The translations under genes were made by a program, and so were the position numbers. Positions 20,109-30,596 of a DNA stretch of 64,000 nucleotides are shown piece after piece. The stretch comes from Deltaproteobacteria bacterium. GTDB taxonomy: Bacteria; Myxococcota; Kuafuiibacteriia; Kuafuiibacteriales; Kuafuiibacteriaceae. The notes beneath the pieces were generated by a model. It worked only from the letters and a program-made list of their open reading frames with translations. It did not search any database and was not told the DNA's origin. The DNA lies in assembly GCA_040218735.1 (NCBI GenBank), contig JAVJQW010000057.1:320001-384000 (forward strand), given 5' to 3'. Position 1 is the first letter of the stretch, and each line of letters begins with the position of its first letter.

Positions 20109-21296
20109 GTGCGCTGCCTCCGCCGAACCGGACTCGCCTTCTTCGCGGTCGCGCTCGTCGCCGGGTGCTCCGCGGACCGCGAGGACCTGGGTGACGACGA
20201 CGGCACCCCGCGCGACGGCGGTGCCGTCTCCCGCGACGGCGGTGAGGTCCGGGACGCAGGGCCGCGCGACGGCGGCGTCGAGCCCGACGGCGGCGTCGAG
20301 CCCGACGGCGGTGATGAGCCGGACGGCGGGCGTGACGGCGGCGAGCCGCGCGATGGCGGACGCGACGGCGGAGCGCCGCGCGACGGTGGACGCGACGGCG
20401 GCGTTCGCGACGGCGGCGGCGTGCCGACGCAGTGTTCGGTCGACCAGGACTGCCCCAGCGGCAACGTCTGTAACTTCGCGACGACCCCGCGCAGCTGCGT
20501 GCCCGGGCGCGCGTGCACTTCGAACGCGGACTGCGACATCTGCTCGGACATCAACCCGATGCAGCGACTCGACTGCGGCCAGGGCATCTACGTGACCGCA
20601 ACCTGCGACGCCGCGCACGGGTCGGTGTGCGTGCGCGGACGCGGCCTCTGCGAGCCGTGCCAGACCGACGCCGAGTGCGGACGCCTGCACCCGATCTTCG
20701 GCGGCGGGACGAAGTCGTGCGTCGTCTACCCCGACGGCAACCGCTACTGCACACGCCCGTGCCCCAACTGCCCCGACGGGATGGTGTGTGATTCCAGCTC
20801 GAACCTCTGCACGCGGTTCTCCGGCTGCGGGGCGATGCCGATCTACTGCCCGCTGAATCCGAACCCAGCGTCGACCTGCGGCAGCGGCCAGATCTGCGAG
20901 GGGGAGACCTGCCCGAACACCGGCGGCGCGCGCTGCGCGACGAACAACCAACCCGGAGAGATCGGGCTCTGCCTCGGCTTCTGCACCCAAGACGCCGACT
21001 GCCCCGCGACGCTCCCGATCTGCAACCTCGCCAACGGCAACTGCATCGCGGGCTGCACCCCCGCGAGCTGCCCGTCGAGCCAGGTCTGCCACGCCGACGG
21101 GTACTGCCGCCCGCCGTGCAGCACGGACGCGGACTGCACCGCGGCCGAGTTCTGCAACGTGCCCGGCGGCGTCGGCCCCCGCGCGTTCAAGAGTTACCGC
21201 GACACCAACGCGTGCGCGCCGCTCGGCTGCGAGCGGCCTGCGGACTGCCCCGGCGGGACTTGCGACACGACGCAGTCCCCGCCCGCCTGCATCTGA
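20109..21296 (+). CDS. Cys-rich lipoprotein with DGG-repeat linker
   Basis: Lipobox LVAGC; 13 DGG/DAG units; repeated CxxDxDC...C modules. Confidence 0.85.
   Translation: MRCLRRTGLAFFAVALVAGCSADREDLGDDDGTPRDGGAVSRDGGEVRDAGPRDGGVEPDGGVEPDGGDEPDGGRDGGEPRDGGRDGGAPRDGGRDGGVRDGGGVPTQCSVDQDCPSGNVCNFATTPRSCVPGRACTSNADCDICSDINPMQRLDCGQGIYVTATCDAAHGSVCVRGRGLCEPCQTDAECGRLHPIFGGGTKSCVVYPDGNRYCTRPCPNCPDGMVCDSSSNLCTRFSGCGAMPIYCPLNPNPASTCGSGQICEGETCPNTGGARCATNNQPGEIGLCLGFCTQDADCPATLPICNLANGNCIAGCTPASCPSSQVCHADGYCRPPCSTDADCTAAEFCNVPGGVGPRAFKSYRDTNACAPLGCERPADCPGGTCDTTQSPPACI
20268..20321 (+). repeat. 18-bp coding tandem repeat (DGGVEP, two exact copies plus one degenerate)
   Basis: gacggcggcgtcgagccc twice, then gacggcggtgatgagccg. 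Confidence 0.85.
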
Positions 21297-21300
21297 CGGC

Positions 21301-22317
21301 TCAGAGATCCCGCAGCGTCCGCGCCATGTCCTCCAACAGCGCGCGGCCCTCGGGGAAGAGCGCGGCGAAGGACATGAAGCCGTGGAACATCGTCGGGTAG
21401 TGCTGGTGCGCGACGTCGACGTTCGCTTCGCGGAGGCGCTTCGCGTACGCCTCACCCTCGTCCCAGAGCGGATCGAACCCCGCGGTGACGATCTTCGTCC
21501 GGCACAGGCCGGTGAGGTCCTCGCGCCGGAGCGGTGAGGCCATCGGGTCGCGCACCTTCTCGCGGTCGTCGACGAGGTGACGACCGAACCAATCCAGGAG
21601 ATCGGAGCCGAGCAACAAGTCCATCGACGGGAGGTCGCGGAAGGACTGCGTGTCGTGGAGCAGATCGGTCGCGGGGTAGACGAGATACTGAAACGAAAGC
21701 GGCGCCCCGATCTCCTGGGCGTGCTGCGCGGCGGACGCGGCGAGGTTGCCCCCGGCGCTGTCCCCAGCGACCATCCACGCCGACGGAGCACCGATCGCCG
21801 GCGTGCCCGCGATCGCGGCCTCGAGCACACGACGCGCGTCGAGGTGCGCCGCCGGGTACGGGTGCTCGGGCGCGAGCCGGTACTCGACGGAGACCACGGT
21901 CGCGCGCGCCGCCTTGGCGATGTAGCGACACACCCGGTCGTACGTCTGAATCGAGCCGACGACGAAGCCGCCGCCGTGAAAGAACAACATCGCGGGCGCG
22001 TCCGCCGAGCCGCCGCGGTAGAGGCGTACGGGGAGATCGGCGAGCGTCGTGTCGGCGATCGGAACCTCGACGTGCTCGACCTCGAACGGCCCGCCCAACG
22101 TTGCAGCCGCCTGACGTGCGCGCGGCGGCTCCATCTCGTGCAGACCGGCGCGGCCGCTTCGTTTGAAGAGACCGAACATCAGGTGGGCGGTGGGATCGAG
22201 CGTGGCCGACCGGTACGTCTTGCGCCGGGTGGAGAGCAGGAGGTCCAGCACCGTCGGCGGCACGCCGAGCAGCTGCCGCGCGATCGAGAGCTGAACCTGG
22301 TCGGCGATCCGGGACAT
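21301..22317 (-). CDS. HSL-family alpha/beta hydrolase (esterase/lipase)
   Basis: HGGGF, GDSAGG, DPLWDE and HGF motifs; ATG at 22317. Confidence 0.93.
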   Translation of the reverse strand: MSRIADQVQLSIARQLLGVPPTVLDLLLSTRRKTYRSATLDPTAHLMFGLFKRSGRAGLHEMEPPRARQAAATLGGPFEVEHVEVPIADTTLADLPVRLYRGGSADAPAMLFFHGGGFVVGSIQTYDRVCRYIAKAARATVVSVEYRLAPEHPYPAAHLDARRVLEAAIAGTPAIGAPSAWMVAGDSAGGNLAASAAQHAQEIGAPLSFQYLVYPATDLLHDTQSFRDLPSMDLLLGSDLLDWFGRHLVDDREKVRDPMASPLRREDLTGLCRTKIVTAGFDPLWDEGEAYAKRLREANVDVAHQHYPTMFHGFMSFAALFPEGRALLEDMARTLRDL

Positions 22318-22352
22318 CAAGCGATCGGTACCACGTTGGACCTCTCGCTGCG

Positions 22353-23186
22353 TCAGGAAGCCTTCGGATCCAGCGCGTCCTGCAGGGCGTCGCTGAACAC
22401 GTTGAACGCGAGGACCAGTCCGAACATCGCGACGGAGGCGGCGCCGATCTGCCAGAAGAAGCCGTTGATGAGCTCGCCGCGCGACTGGTTGATCATCGTG
22501 CCCCAGCTCGGCTCCCCCTGAACGCCGAGGCCGAGGTACGAGAGGATGACCTCGGACTTGATCGCGCCGACGAACGCGAGCGCGAAGCTCACCAGCGCGA
22601 GGTGGAGGGTGTTCGGGACGACGTGCGCGACGAGGATGCGCAGCGGTCCGTACCCCAACGCACGCGCGGCCTCCACGTATTGCGCCTCTCGGATCTTGGC
22701 GGCTTCCCCACGGACGACGCGGCACGGGCCGACCCAGAACGTCGCGCAGAACGCGAGGTACACGCCGAAGAGCCCGCGTCCTGCGACGTACGCGATGGCG
22801 ACCAGGAGGAGGATCGACGGGACGGACTGCACGGTCGAGTAGAGCCACACGATCGCGGCGTCGACCTTGCCGCCGAAGTACCCCGCGACAGCGCCGAGGG
22901 CCGTCCCGATCGTGACGGAGACCGTCGCGGTGACGAGGCCGACGGAGAACGCGATCTTCGTGGAGAACAGCGCGCGCGCGAGGATGTCGCGGCCCTGTCG
23001 ATCCGTGCCGAGCCAGTGGCCGGGGCCCGGTGCGAGGAAACGCTCGCCGACGCGTGCGTTGACATCGGTGGCGAGGACACCGCTCGCGACGAGCAACGCG
23101 ACCGCGGCGTAGACCGCGATGACGACGAGGCACAGGAGCGCGCCGCGGTCGCCGCGCAGGCGCGTGATGACGGAGCGCCCGATCAC
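22353..23186 (-). CDS. Opp/Dpp ABC permease (OppC-like)
   Basis: HWLGTDRQGRD, YVEAARALG, LSYLGLG..EPSWG and DALDPK motifs. Confidence 0.94.
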   Translation of the reverse strand: MIGRSVITRLRGDRGALLCLVVIAVYAAVALLVASGVLATDVNARVGERFLAPGPGHWLGTDRQGRDILARALFSTKIAFSVGLVTATVSVTIGTALGAVAGYFGGKVDAAIVWLYSTVQSVPSILLLVAIAYVAGRGLFGVYLAFCATFWVGPCRVVRGEAAKIREAQYVEAARALGYGPLRILVAHVVPNTLHLALVSFALAFVGAIKSEVILSYLGLGVQGEPSWGTMINQSRGELINGFFWQIGAASVAMFGLVLAFNVFSDALQDALDPKAS

Positions 23187-24118
23187 GACAGACGGATCCT
23201 CGGGTCGACCCACGCGTAGAAGACGTCGGTGAGCACGTTGGTGAGGACGAACAGCACGGAGACCAGCACCGTGTAGGCCTTGATGATCGGGAAGTCGGCG
23301 CGGTCGAGGGCTTCGAGGAGCGTGCCGCCGAGCCCAGGGATTCCGAAGAAGGACTCGAGGAGGAGCGAGCCCGTGACGAGGAACGGGACGGAGATCATCA
23401 CGCGGGTGACGATCGGGACCATCGCGTTCTTGAGCACGTGGACGAACAGCACGCGGCCGGCGCCGAGACCCTTCGCGTAGGCGGTCGTGATGTGCTCCTT
23501 GTCGACCTCCTCGGCGATCGCGCTGCGGTAGAACCTCGAGTCGTAGCCCATCCCGACCACGACGAGGATGAGGATGGGCAGCGCGAGGTATGGCCACCGC
23601 TCGACGAGCCCGGGGCGGTATCCATGGATCTGGAACAGCGGCCATTCGAAGGCGAGCAGGTACTGCCCGACCACGATGTAGACGAGGAAGCTCACGCTCA
23701 TCCCGACGACGGCGAGCACCATGAGGCCCCGGTCGATGGCACGTCCGCGGAAGCGCGCGGCGACGAGGCCGATCGAGACCGAGAGGATGGTCGTGGCGAA
23801 CAACGCAGGGACCGTCAGCGACAACGACGGCCCGACCCCGCGCAAGAGGACTTGCGACACCGGCTCACGCGTCGTGAACGACCGACCGAAGTCGAGCGTG
23901 AGGATCTCCCGCAGGTAGGCGAGATACTGAATATAGAGGGGTCGGTCGAGGCCGTACTCGCGTTCCAACGCGGCGATCTCGTCGGGTGTCGCGTGTTTGC
24001 CGAGGAACTCGAGCACCGGGTCGCCGCCGAACACGTAGAACAGGAAGAACGTGATGAGCGTGACGCCGAGGATGATCGGCACGCCCTCCAGCAGCCGGCG
24101 AGCGACGAAACGAGTCAT
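23183..24118 (-). CDS. Opp/Dpp ABC permease (OppB-like)
   Basis: GLDRPL..QY, DFGRS, TAYAKGL...HVLKNA and DPRIR motifs. Confidence 0.94.
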   Translation of the reverse strand: MTRFVARRLLEGVPIILGVTLITFFLFYVFGGDPVLEFLGKHATPDEIAALEREYGLDRPLYIQYLAYLREILTLDFGRSFTTREPVSQVLLRGVGPSLSLTVPALFATTILSVSIGLVAARFRGRAIDRGLMVLAVVGMSVSFLVYIVVGQYLLAFEWPLFQIHGYRPGLVERWPYLALPILILVVVGMGYDSRFYRSAIAEEVDKEHITTAYAKGLGAGRVLFVHVLKNAMVPIVTRVMISVPFLVTGSLLLESFFGIPGLGGTLLEALDRADFPIIKAYTVLVSVLFVLTNVLTDVFYAWVDPRIRLS

Positions 24119-25794
24119 CGCGCCCGTGGCTCCACGTCGACGTACTTGAGCCACGTCCACCACGTCTCGTTGGGGACGAAGCGCGACACGCGGCGGTTCT
24201 GCGCGTAGTAGCGCTGGCGCGCGAAGGCCCCCATAAACGGTGCGTCTTCGATCACGAGGTCCCGCATCTCGGTGTACAGGCGCGTACGCTCGTCGGAGGG
24301 CGGCATGACCCGCGCGCGTTCGTAGAGGCGGTCGTAGGCGTCGCGTCGGTAGTTGAAGTGGTTGCTTCCAGGTGCGGCGTTCGGGCCGTAGAACATCGCG
24401 AGGTTGTTCTCGGCGTCCGGATAGTCGGAGCCCCAGGCGAGCGAGAAGACCTGAGCCTTCTTGTCGCGGATGCGCCGCGACAGCTCCGGGAAGCTGAACA
24501 GCTTCACGTCGACGTCGACGCCGATCTTCGACCATTGACGACGGATCATCTCCGCCTGCTCGGGGGAGGATCCGCCACGGTAGAAGTTCAGCTCGATCGG
24601 CGGCAGACCGCGGCCGCCCGGGTAGCCGGCCTCGGCGAGGAGCTTCTTCGCGAGCGCGAGGTTCGGACCGCGGTAGGGCTCGCGCAGCGCATCGTCGTGA
24701 CCGGCGAGCCCCGGCGGGATCGGGCCGGCGTACGCGGTGATCGCACCGTCGTAGAAAGCTCGACCGATCTCTTCGACGTCGTAGGCCGCGGCGAGCGCCT
24801 TGCGGACCAGCTTCCCCTTCTCGAAGCCGCCGACGACCGGGTCCTCCATGTTGAAGCCGCGGAAGACGAAGTCGAGTTTGTCGTACTGGAACATCGATAC
24901 GCCGTCTTCGACGAACGCCTCACGTAGGCCCTTGTCGCGATCGAACAGCGCCGGTTGGTAGTCGAACGGCACGATGATCACGTCGAGATCGCGCACGCGC
25001 CACTTCAGCCACATCGGCTGCTCCTGCGGGAAGATGTGGAGACGAACGCCGTCGAGCGCGACCTGTTCGTGACGGCTCGGCCGCCGTGTGAAGTCGAGCT
25101 CGACGCCCGGCGCCCAGCGATTCAGCTGGAACGGCCCGGAGCCGATCGCGAGGCGAGGAAACGCTTCACCGGCGTGCTCGACGACCTCGCGCGGAACGAC
25201 CGCCGTGTACGCCATGGCGAGGATGTAGAGGAGCTGCGGGTACGGGTGGGTGAGGTGGATCGAGAAGCGCCTCGCGTCGTGGATCTCGAGCCCCTCCACC
25301 GGTGCGTCGTAGTCGAACTTCGGCGCGGCGTTCTGCGCCTCCTTGTAGTCGTCGAAGCCGACGATGCGGTCCGCGAAGATCCACCACCCCTTCGGCGCGT
25401 TCTTCGCGTCCGCCATCCGCTTGAACGCGTAGACGACGTCGGTGGACGTGACGGTGCGCCCGACGCCATCGGCGAACGCTTCGTGGTCCGAGAACTTCGC
25501 GTCGTCGCGCAGCGTGAACGTGTACGTGCGTAGGTCTTCGCTCACCTCGGGCATCGCGGCGAGGAGCAGCGGGCGGAGCACGAGCGGGCGCGCCTCGTAG
25601 TCGTACTGGAGCAGCGGTTCGTAGACGAGCCCCTGCGCGATGCTGGAGGCCTCGTCGGAGGCGTGCACGGGGTCGAGCGAAGCGACCTCCGAGCGTACGC
25701 CGAAGTGGAGGATCTTCTTCCCGACCTCGGCGGAGTCGACGCGCTTGCACGCCGTCGCGGCGAGAAGCGCGGACAGCCAGAGGGCGCGCCTCAT
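24115..25794 (-). CDS. Family-5 ABC substrate-binding lipoprotein (OppA-like)
   Basis: Lipobox LLAATAC; SLDP, YTFTLR, GSGPF, AKKLLAEAGYP and WGSDYPDAEN motifs. True start is ATG 25794 (ATGA overlap), not the 28212 of the ORF track. Confidence 0.93.
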   Translation of the reverse strand: MRRALWLSALLAATACKRVDSAEVGKKILHFGVRSEVASLDPVHASDEASSIAQGLVYEPLLQYDYEARPLVLRPLLLAAMPEVSEDLRTYTFTLRDDAKFSDHEAFADGVGRTVTSTDVVYAFKRMADAKNAPKGWWIFADRIVGFDDYKEAQNAAPKFDYDAPVEGLEIHDARRFSIHLTHPYPQLLYILAMAYTAVVPREVVEHAGEAFPRLAIGSGPFQLNRWAPGVELDFTRRPSRHEQVALDGVRLHIFPQEQPMWLKWRVRDLDVIIVPFDYQPALFDRDKGLREAFVEDGVSMFQYDKLDFVFRGFNMEDPVVGGFEKGKLVRKALAAAYDVEEIGRAFYDGAITAYAGPIPPGLAGHDDALREPYRGPNLALAKKLLAEAGYPGGRGLPPIELNFYRGGSSPEQAEMIRRQWSKIGVDVDVKLFSFPELSRRIRDKKAQVFSLAWGSDYPDAENNLAMFYGPNAAPGSNHFNYRRDAYDRLYERARVMPPSDERTRLYTEMRDLVIEDAPFMGAFARQRYYAQNRRVSRFVPNETWWTWLKYVDVEPRAR

Positions 25795-28439
25795 GGCCCG
25801 CGTGCGAGGACCTTGATCTGATCGATGTTCACGCGGAAGAACGCGCCGGTCGAGCCGCCCGATCCTCCGGTGTACCGCTCGAAGAACCGACGCTCGGACA
25901 TGTTCACCGCGAAGGCGTCCATGTCGACGACGATACGATAGGTCTCGCCGGCCTGCAGCTGGGCGGCCACGAAAGACCCGTCGCGCCACACGCTCCAGTC
26001 CCCGAGGTGCGGCATCACCGCGTACCCTTCGGCGACCGGCGCGCCCGCCATCGTCTCGACGCGCACGCGTTTGATACCGCACGTGATGCCGGTGTCGACC
26101 GGCCCCGCGCCGTTGCCCGCGGAGAGCTGCACGAGGTGCTCGCCGCTGCGGGCCGCGGTGTACGTGGCCTCGAGGGAGTGGCCCGAATCGCCCCACGCTT
26201 CGTAGTGCGAGCGGCCGTGGTTGAAGACGAGTGAGCCACCGACCGCCGTGAACGCGTTTGCGTCGATCGACGCGGTGCGCTCGAACGCGGGCCCCCACCA
26301 GCAAGCGGGGTTGCTGCGGTGGGACGCGCGGCCATCCACCACGAGCTCCGCCGTGTAGCAGTGACTGGGGGACGCGGCGGACGTTCCGGGGTCGGTGTAG
26401 CTGGTGTTCGTCCCCGGCAGGCCCGTCGCGACGCGGACACCGTCGCGGTAGATCGACCAGGTCGCCGCGTTCGTTCCGCCCTGGAGCGTGAGCGTCAGCT
26501 CGGGGCTCGCGGCGATCGCCGAGATGCTGGGCGTGGGCGGCGCGAAGATGGCGCCGTCGGTGACGAGGCGGAGGGCTCCGTTCGTGGCGCCGTTGTCCTT
26601 GAGGACCACGCTGATGACGTCGCCGTCGGCGGGGACCAGCGGCGGCGCCACCGCCACCCCGTTCACGAGGACCTCTTCGACTTCGAGCATCGCGTCGCCG
26701 TCCTCGACCGACTCGGGGAGCTCGAGCTGCACCGAGAAACGCGCGCCGCGGAAGGGGAGCGCGCTCAGCGCGACGACGCTCGTGCCTTCGAACCAGGTCC
26801 GTCGCAGCGCCCGCGTGAGGCCTGGCGCGAAGTCGAGGCCGCCGTCGACGGGCGTGACGCCGAAGACCGTCTCGTGCACGAGTGTGAAGAACGCCGCGAC
26901 CGACCACAGCTGACGCTGGGAGTTCACGACGGGCCCCGAGTGACCGCCGTCCTCGACCCACGGGAGGCCGGACTCGACCTCCAGGTTCTCCATGTTCGAC
27001 AGGTTCAGCGCGGCGCCGTCGTATAGCGAAAGCGCGGCGTGGGTAACGACCTCGGCGGCGCCGACCTGCTTCGCCGCGCGCATGCCGTACGCGGTGACGA
27101 ACGGCCAGATCGCTCGGTTGTGATAGATCGGGACCTCGTTCGACTCCGGCCACATCACCGGCGGCCCGCGGACGAGGTGCGGGTAGTTGGTGATCGCCTC
27201 GGTGCGCGCGGCTTCGTCGCCGATGCCCGCGAGCACCGCCAGCGAGGTCCCGAGGAGATCGAACCGACGCGCGGGGGCCGGGTCGAGCGTGGTCGGGATG
27301 TGGCTGGACCACCCGCCGTCCTCGGCGAGCCAGAAGCGCTCGTGGATGCGGGTCGCGAGGGCGTCGGCCCACCCTGCGTAACGCGCGGCGCGTGGATCGT
27401 TGGCGTCGGTCGCGAGCGCGGCGGCGTAGCGGAGGGCTTCGAGGTGCAGGACGTTGGTCGACAGCGCCTTCGACATCGCGATGTGCGCGGTGTCCTGCGC
27501 GGTCCACGGAGCGTAGCTCTGCTCGCGCCAGTCGAGGAAGGAGTGCTCGCCGCGGTAGAGGCCGTCGGCGGCGTCGAACACCGCGACGCGGTCCTGCTCG
27601 ATCGTGTTGGCGATCGCGTCGAGCGCGCGGCCGGCGTGTGCGGTGGGATCCGCGAGGGCGCGGTAGAGCACGCGTGAGCCGAGCGCCCAGGCGACACGAT
27701 CCGTCGACACCGGGTAGCTCCCGCCAGAGCCCGTGTCCTGAACGATTTGGACGTCGCCGCCGCTGCGGTCCGGCGAGAGCTTGAGCTCGAGCGTCGTCTG
27801 CATTCGGGGCGGGTCGACGAGCGCGAGGCCGAGGTCGGCCGCGTACGCGGAGTCGCGGGTCCAGACGAACGTCCACAGGCGGCCGGTCTCGAAACACCCC
27901 GGAGACGGGCAGTCGATCGGGGCACCGCGGTCGAACGCGAAGTCCACGATCTTGTCGACGCTCGCGTCGTGTCGCTCGAGGTGCGCTAGCGCGTAGAGCG
28001 CGTCGAGGAGGACGTCGCCGGAACGAAGAACGGGATCGTTCGCGCTCTCCGCGATCACTCGCGGGTTGCCGTACGGGTGGTCGCGCAGGGGCTGCGTCGT
28101 GCTCAGCGCGTACTGACGTGCGCACGGGTCGTCGCGTTCGATCGTCACCGCTGCGGTGAAGCCGTCGTGGGAGACGTCGCGCGTGGTGACGGCGCCCTGC
28201 GCCGAGAGACATCGAGGGGGCGGTCCTGCGTCGCGACGGCCCCCGTCGCGGAAGCCCGCGTCCGTGCTGACACCTGCGTCGCGCTCGCCGCCGTCGCGGT
28301 CCGGTCCGGCGTCTCGCGTGGTCACCGTGGGTCCGGAGTCTCGCACGCCGGCGTCGTGGGAGGCGGGGGGGTCGACCTCGCCGCCGTTACACGCGACCAG
28401 CGCGACGAGCGCGGCGGCGGCGGCGATGCGAGCGTCCAT
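25791..28439 (-). CDS. Six-hairpin glycosidase-like lipoprotein (amylo-alpha-1,6-glucosidase-like)
   Basis: Lipobox LVAC; DAG linker; WTRDSAYA, GEHSFLDWREQSY, YHNRAIWPFVT and QRQLWSVA motifs; C-terminal beta-sandwich modules. Confidence 0.8.
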   Translation of the reverse strand: MDARIAAAAALVALVACNGGEVDPPASHDAGVRDSGPTVTTRDAGPDRDGGERDAGVSTDAGFRDGGRRDAGPPPRCLSAQGAVTTRDVSHDGFTAAVTIERDDPCARQYALSTTQPLRDHPYGNPRVIAESANDPVLRSGDVLLDALYALAHLERHDASVDKIVDFAFDRGAPIDCPSPGCFETGRLWTFVWTRDSAYAADLGLALVDPPRMQTTLELKLSPDRSGGDVQIVQDTGSGGSYPVSTDRVAWALGSRVLYRALADPTAHAGRALDAIANTIEQDRVAVFDAADGLYRGEHSFLDWREQSYAPWTAQDTAHIAMSKALSTNVLHLEALRYAAALATDANDPRAARYAGWADALATRIHERFWLAEDGGWSSHIPTTLDPAPARRFDLLGTSLAVLAGIGDEAARTEAITNYPHLVRGPPVMWPESNEVPIYHNRAIWPFVTAYGMRAAKQVGAAEVVTHAALSLYDGAALNLSNMENLEVESGLPWVEDGGHSGPVVNSQRQLWSVAAFFTLVHETVFGVTPVDGGLDFAPGLTRALRRTWFEGTSVVALSALPFRGARFSVQLELPESVEDGDAMLEVEEVLVNGVAVAPPLVPADGDVISVVLKDNGATNGALRLVTDGAIFAPPTPSISAIAASPELTLTLQGGTNAATWSIYRDGVRVATGLPGTNTSYTDPGTSAASPSHCYTAELVVDGRASHRSNPACWWGPAFERTASIDANAFTAVGGSLVFNHGRSHYEAWGDSGHSLEATYTAARSGEHLVQLSAGNGAGPVDTGITCGIKRVRVETMAGAPVAEGYAVMPHLGDWSVWRDGSFVAAQLQAGETYRIVVDMDAFAVNMSERRFFERYTGGSGGSTGAFFRVNIDQIKVLARGP

Positions 28440-28479
28440 CGCGCCCGTCCTTAGCAGGTCGTCGGACTCGGGGCGTCGG

Positions 28480-29688
28480 TCATCGGACTTGGGGGTCCAA
28501 CGCCGCGATTCGCGTGCGCATCTTCCCGTGGACGAGCGGGAGCAAGACGTCGGCGACCACCGCGCCGCCCTCGGGGCTGAGGTGGCAGTAGTCGATCAGG
28601 AGCTGTCGGCCCCGGAGCGCGGGATCGTCGAACGCCGGGTTGGTGTCGATGAACTCGGCGCCGTTCTCCTCGGCGACCGCGCGCACCTCGTCGACGACCG
28701 TTGGATAGAGGTCGACGATGTGCGGCTGTGGACGGAGGAACGCGCGCTCGGCGTCGGAGAGCATCGCCGGGTCGCGGAGCACGAGCATCGGCTGGAGGGC
28801 CACGATCGCGTCGACCCCCGCCGCGTTCAGGATCACGAGGTTGGCCTCGATCGCGCGCAGGAAGCCGCGACGTGCGGCGGCGCGATGCCCCGCGAGGAGG
28901 TCGGCCTGGGTCTCGTAGGTCACGACCGCGTCGACCTCGGATCGATTCGAACGCGCGTCCTTCTGCAGGCGCCACGCGAAGGCCCCGCGGAAGAACGCGC
29001 TGTGCCGACTCGCCCACAGGGCCGTGTAGTCGAAGAGGCCGACGGCGGATGGTCGCTGAAGACGCCGCTTCCAGAACTGGTAGACGAAGTCGCCCTGGTA
29101 CTGGTGCTCGGGGTTGTTGACGTAGTGATCGTTGGCGCCATCGAGGAACACCACGAGGTCTGGCGCGTAGTCGAGGAGCTCACTCGTCAGGTAGGCGGTG
29201 TGTTGGAAGACCTGGTAGCCGGTGACGGCGGCGTTGATGACTTCCACGTCACGCCCGTCCGACAGAGCCTCGAGCTTCGCCTCGAGGTGCGCGTCGATCG
29301 TCTCGTCCGGGTAGATGTGGCGCACGGGGTAAGGCGGTGCGCTGGAGATGCCGTGTGCCGCGGAGCCGCCGAGCAGGAACACCCGGAACGTGTTCGGTGG
29401 CTTCTGTTTGGCGACGGGCTCGGTGCGCCGAAAGCCATGTTCGTCGATGACGATCCAGTCGCGCGCGCCGTCGCCTTCCCGGAAGCCGGGGACGTGCTCG
29501 TACACGCGATAGCTGTTGAAACGGAACTTGCGCTGCGTGGACTTCTCCAGGACGCGCCCGAGGTAGAACCGCGCGCCCAGCTCGGCCATCCCGCCGAGCG
29601 CGAGCGCGACGAACCCGAACATGATCAGGGCGTAGGTCACCCGTCTTCGCACGCCGATCTCGGGCGTACGGCTCTTCACCGCAGTCAT
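28480..29688 (-). CDS. Membrane-anchored SGNH/GDSL hydrolase-family protein
   Basis: N-terminal TM helix; LGGSAA, VINAAVTGY, DGAND and DYCH blocks; RBS GGGAGGGA upstream. Confidence 0.85.
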   Translation of the reverse strand: MTAVKSRTPEIGVRRRVTYALIMFGFVALALGGMAELGARFYLGRVLEKSTQRKFRFNSYRVYEHVPGFREGDGARDWIVIDEHGFRRTEPVAKQKPPNTFRVFLLGGSAAHGISSAPPYPVRHIYPDETIDAHLEAKLEALSDGRDVEVINAAVTGYQVFQHTAYLTSELLDYAPDLVVFLDGANDHYVNNPEHQYQGDFVYQFWKRRLQRPSAVGLFDYTALWASRHSAFFRGAFAWRLQKDARSNRSEVDAVVTYETQADLLAGHRAAARRGFLRAIEANLVILNAAGVDAIVALQPMLVLRDPAMLSDAERAFLRPQPHIVDLYPTVVDEVRAVAEENGAEFIDTNPAFDDPALRGRQLLIDYCHLSPEGGAVVADVLLPLVHGKMRTRIAALDPQVR

Positions 29689-29767
29689 CGAATCCCTCCC
29701 GTCGACGTGTGCAGTCGTCGACACCGCTTTCAGTGCCGGGGGACCGAGATACGTTCAGAAGATTCAC

Positions 29768-30523
29768 TCAGAAGGTGAGGCCGAAGTCCTTCGCGAGCGC
29801 CGCGGACCACGACTGTGCGTCGGTGAGCGGCGTCTCGGTGACGACACCGTCGACCGTGTGGATGCGACGGTCGTCGCGGAGCGTGACGCGTCCGTCGGGG
29901 GTCAGCTTCGACACCACCCGCTTCTGGGTGAAGTGCGATTGAGGCGAGGTCGAGTGATGGACACACATCGCGTCGAAGTCCGACCAGGCGCGCGCATGAG
30001 GAGTGAACTGATACTGGTCCCGCCACTCCCCGTCCTTCTCCCGTGAATAGACGAGCTCGTCCCGCGCGAATGAAATCCGATGGGCGCCGTTTCTCTGCTG
30101 AACGAAATCCGAAGTGTCGGCACTCAACGGGTGGATGAAGGCGTCGCCGAAGCCGACGTCGACGAGCCACATCCCCTCGCAGTCCACCAGCAGCGCGAGG
30201 TGGTCGTGCTCTGGGCCCAGCTGCCCCCCTTCTCCGAACACCCGCGCGGAGACCCGCCGGACGCGATAGCCGAGGCCCGAGAGAAATTCGCAGAACAGGC
30301 CATTGAGCTCGTAACAAAATCCGCCGCGCCCGCGCGTGACGATCTTGTCGAACAGCGCGTCCTCTTCGAGTCGAATCGGGTGTCCCGCGTGGACGTCGAG
30401 GTTCTCGAACGGCACGGCGAGCAGGTGCGCCTCCTGTAGCGCGGCGAGCTCCGACGCGCCGCAGGTCGTGGGGGGCTCGACGCCGATGCGTCGGGCGTAC
30501 GCGAGCACACGATCTCGGTTCAC
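29768..30523 (-). CDS. Arylamine N-acetyltransferase
   Basis: VPFENLD, RGRGGFCYELN, H.ALLV and DVGFG motifs (Cys-His-Asp triad). Confidence 0.94.
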   Translation of the reverse strand: MNRDRVLAYARRIGVEPPTTCGASELAALQEAHLLAVPFENLDVHAGHPIRLEEDALFDKIVTRGRGGFCYELNGLFCEFLSGLGYRVRRVSARVFGEGGQLGPEHDHLALLVDCEGMWLVDVGFGDAFIHPLSADTSDFVQQRNGAHRISFARDELVYSREKDGEWRDQYQFTPHARAWSDFDAMCVHHSTSPQSHFTQKRVVSKLTPDGRVTLRDDRRIHTVDGVVTETPLTDAQSWSAALAKDFGLTF

Positions 30524-30596
30524 CGCGCCAGCATCGCACCGTCTCCGTGACGAAGCTCGCACGCTGCCAACGGATTGGCAGAAGGTTGATACGTCG

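Noticed and set aside
21301-23133. 610-aa esterase fusion
   Set aside because: The N-terminal part is an off-frame reading of the permease. The esterase starts at 22317.
24115-28212. 1365-aa ORF as a giant fused substrate-binding protein
   Set aside because: The N-terminal ~800 aa are an Arg-rich alternative frame over the glycosidase. The lipoprotein starts at 25794.
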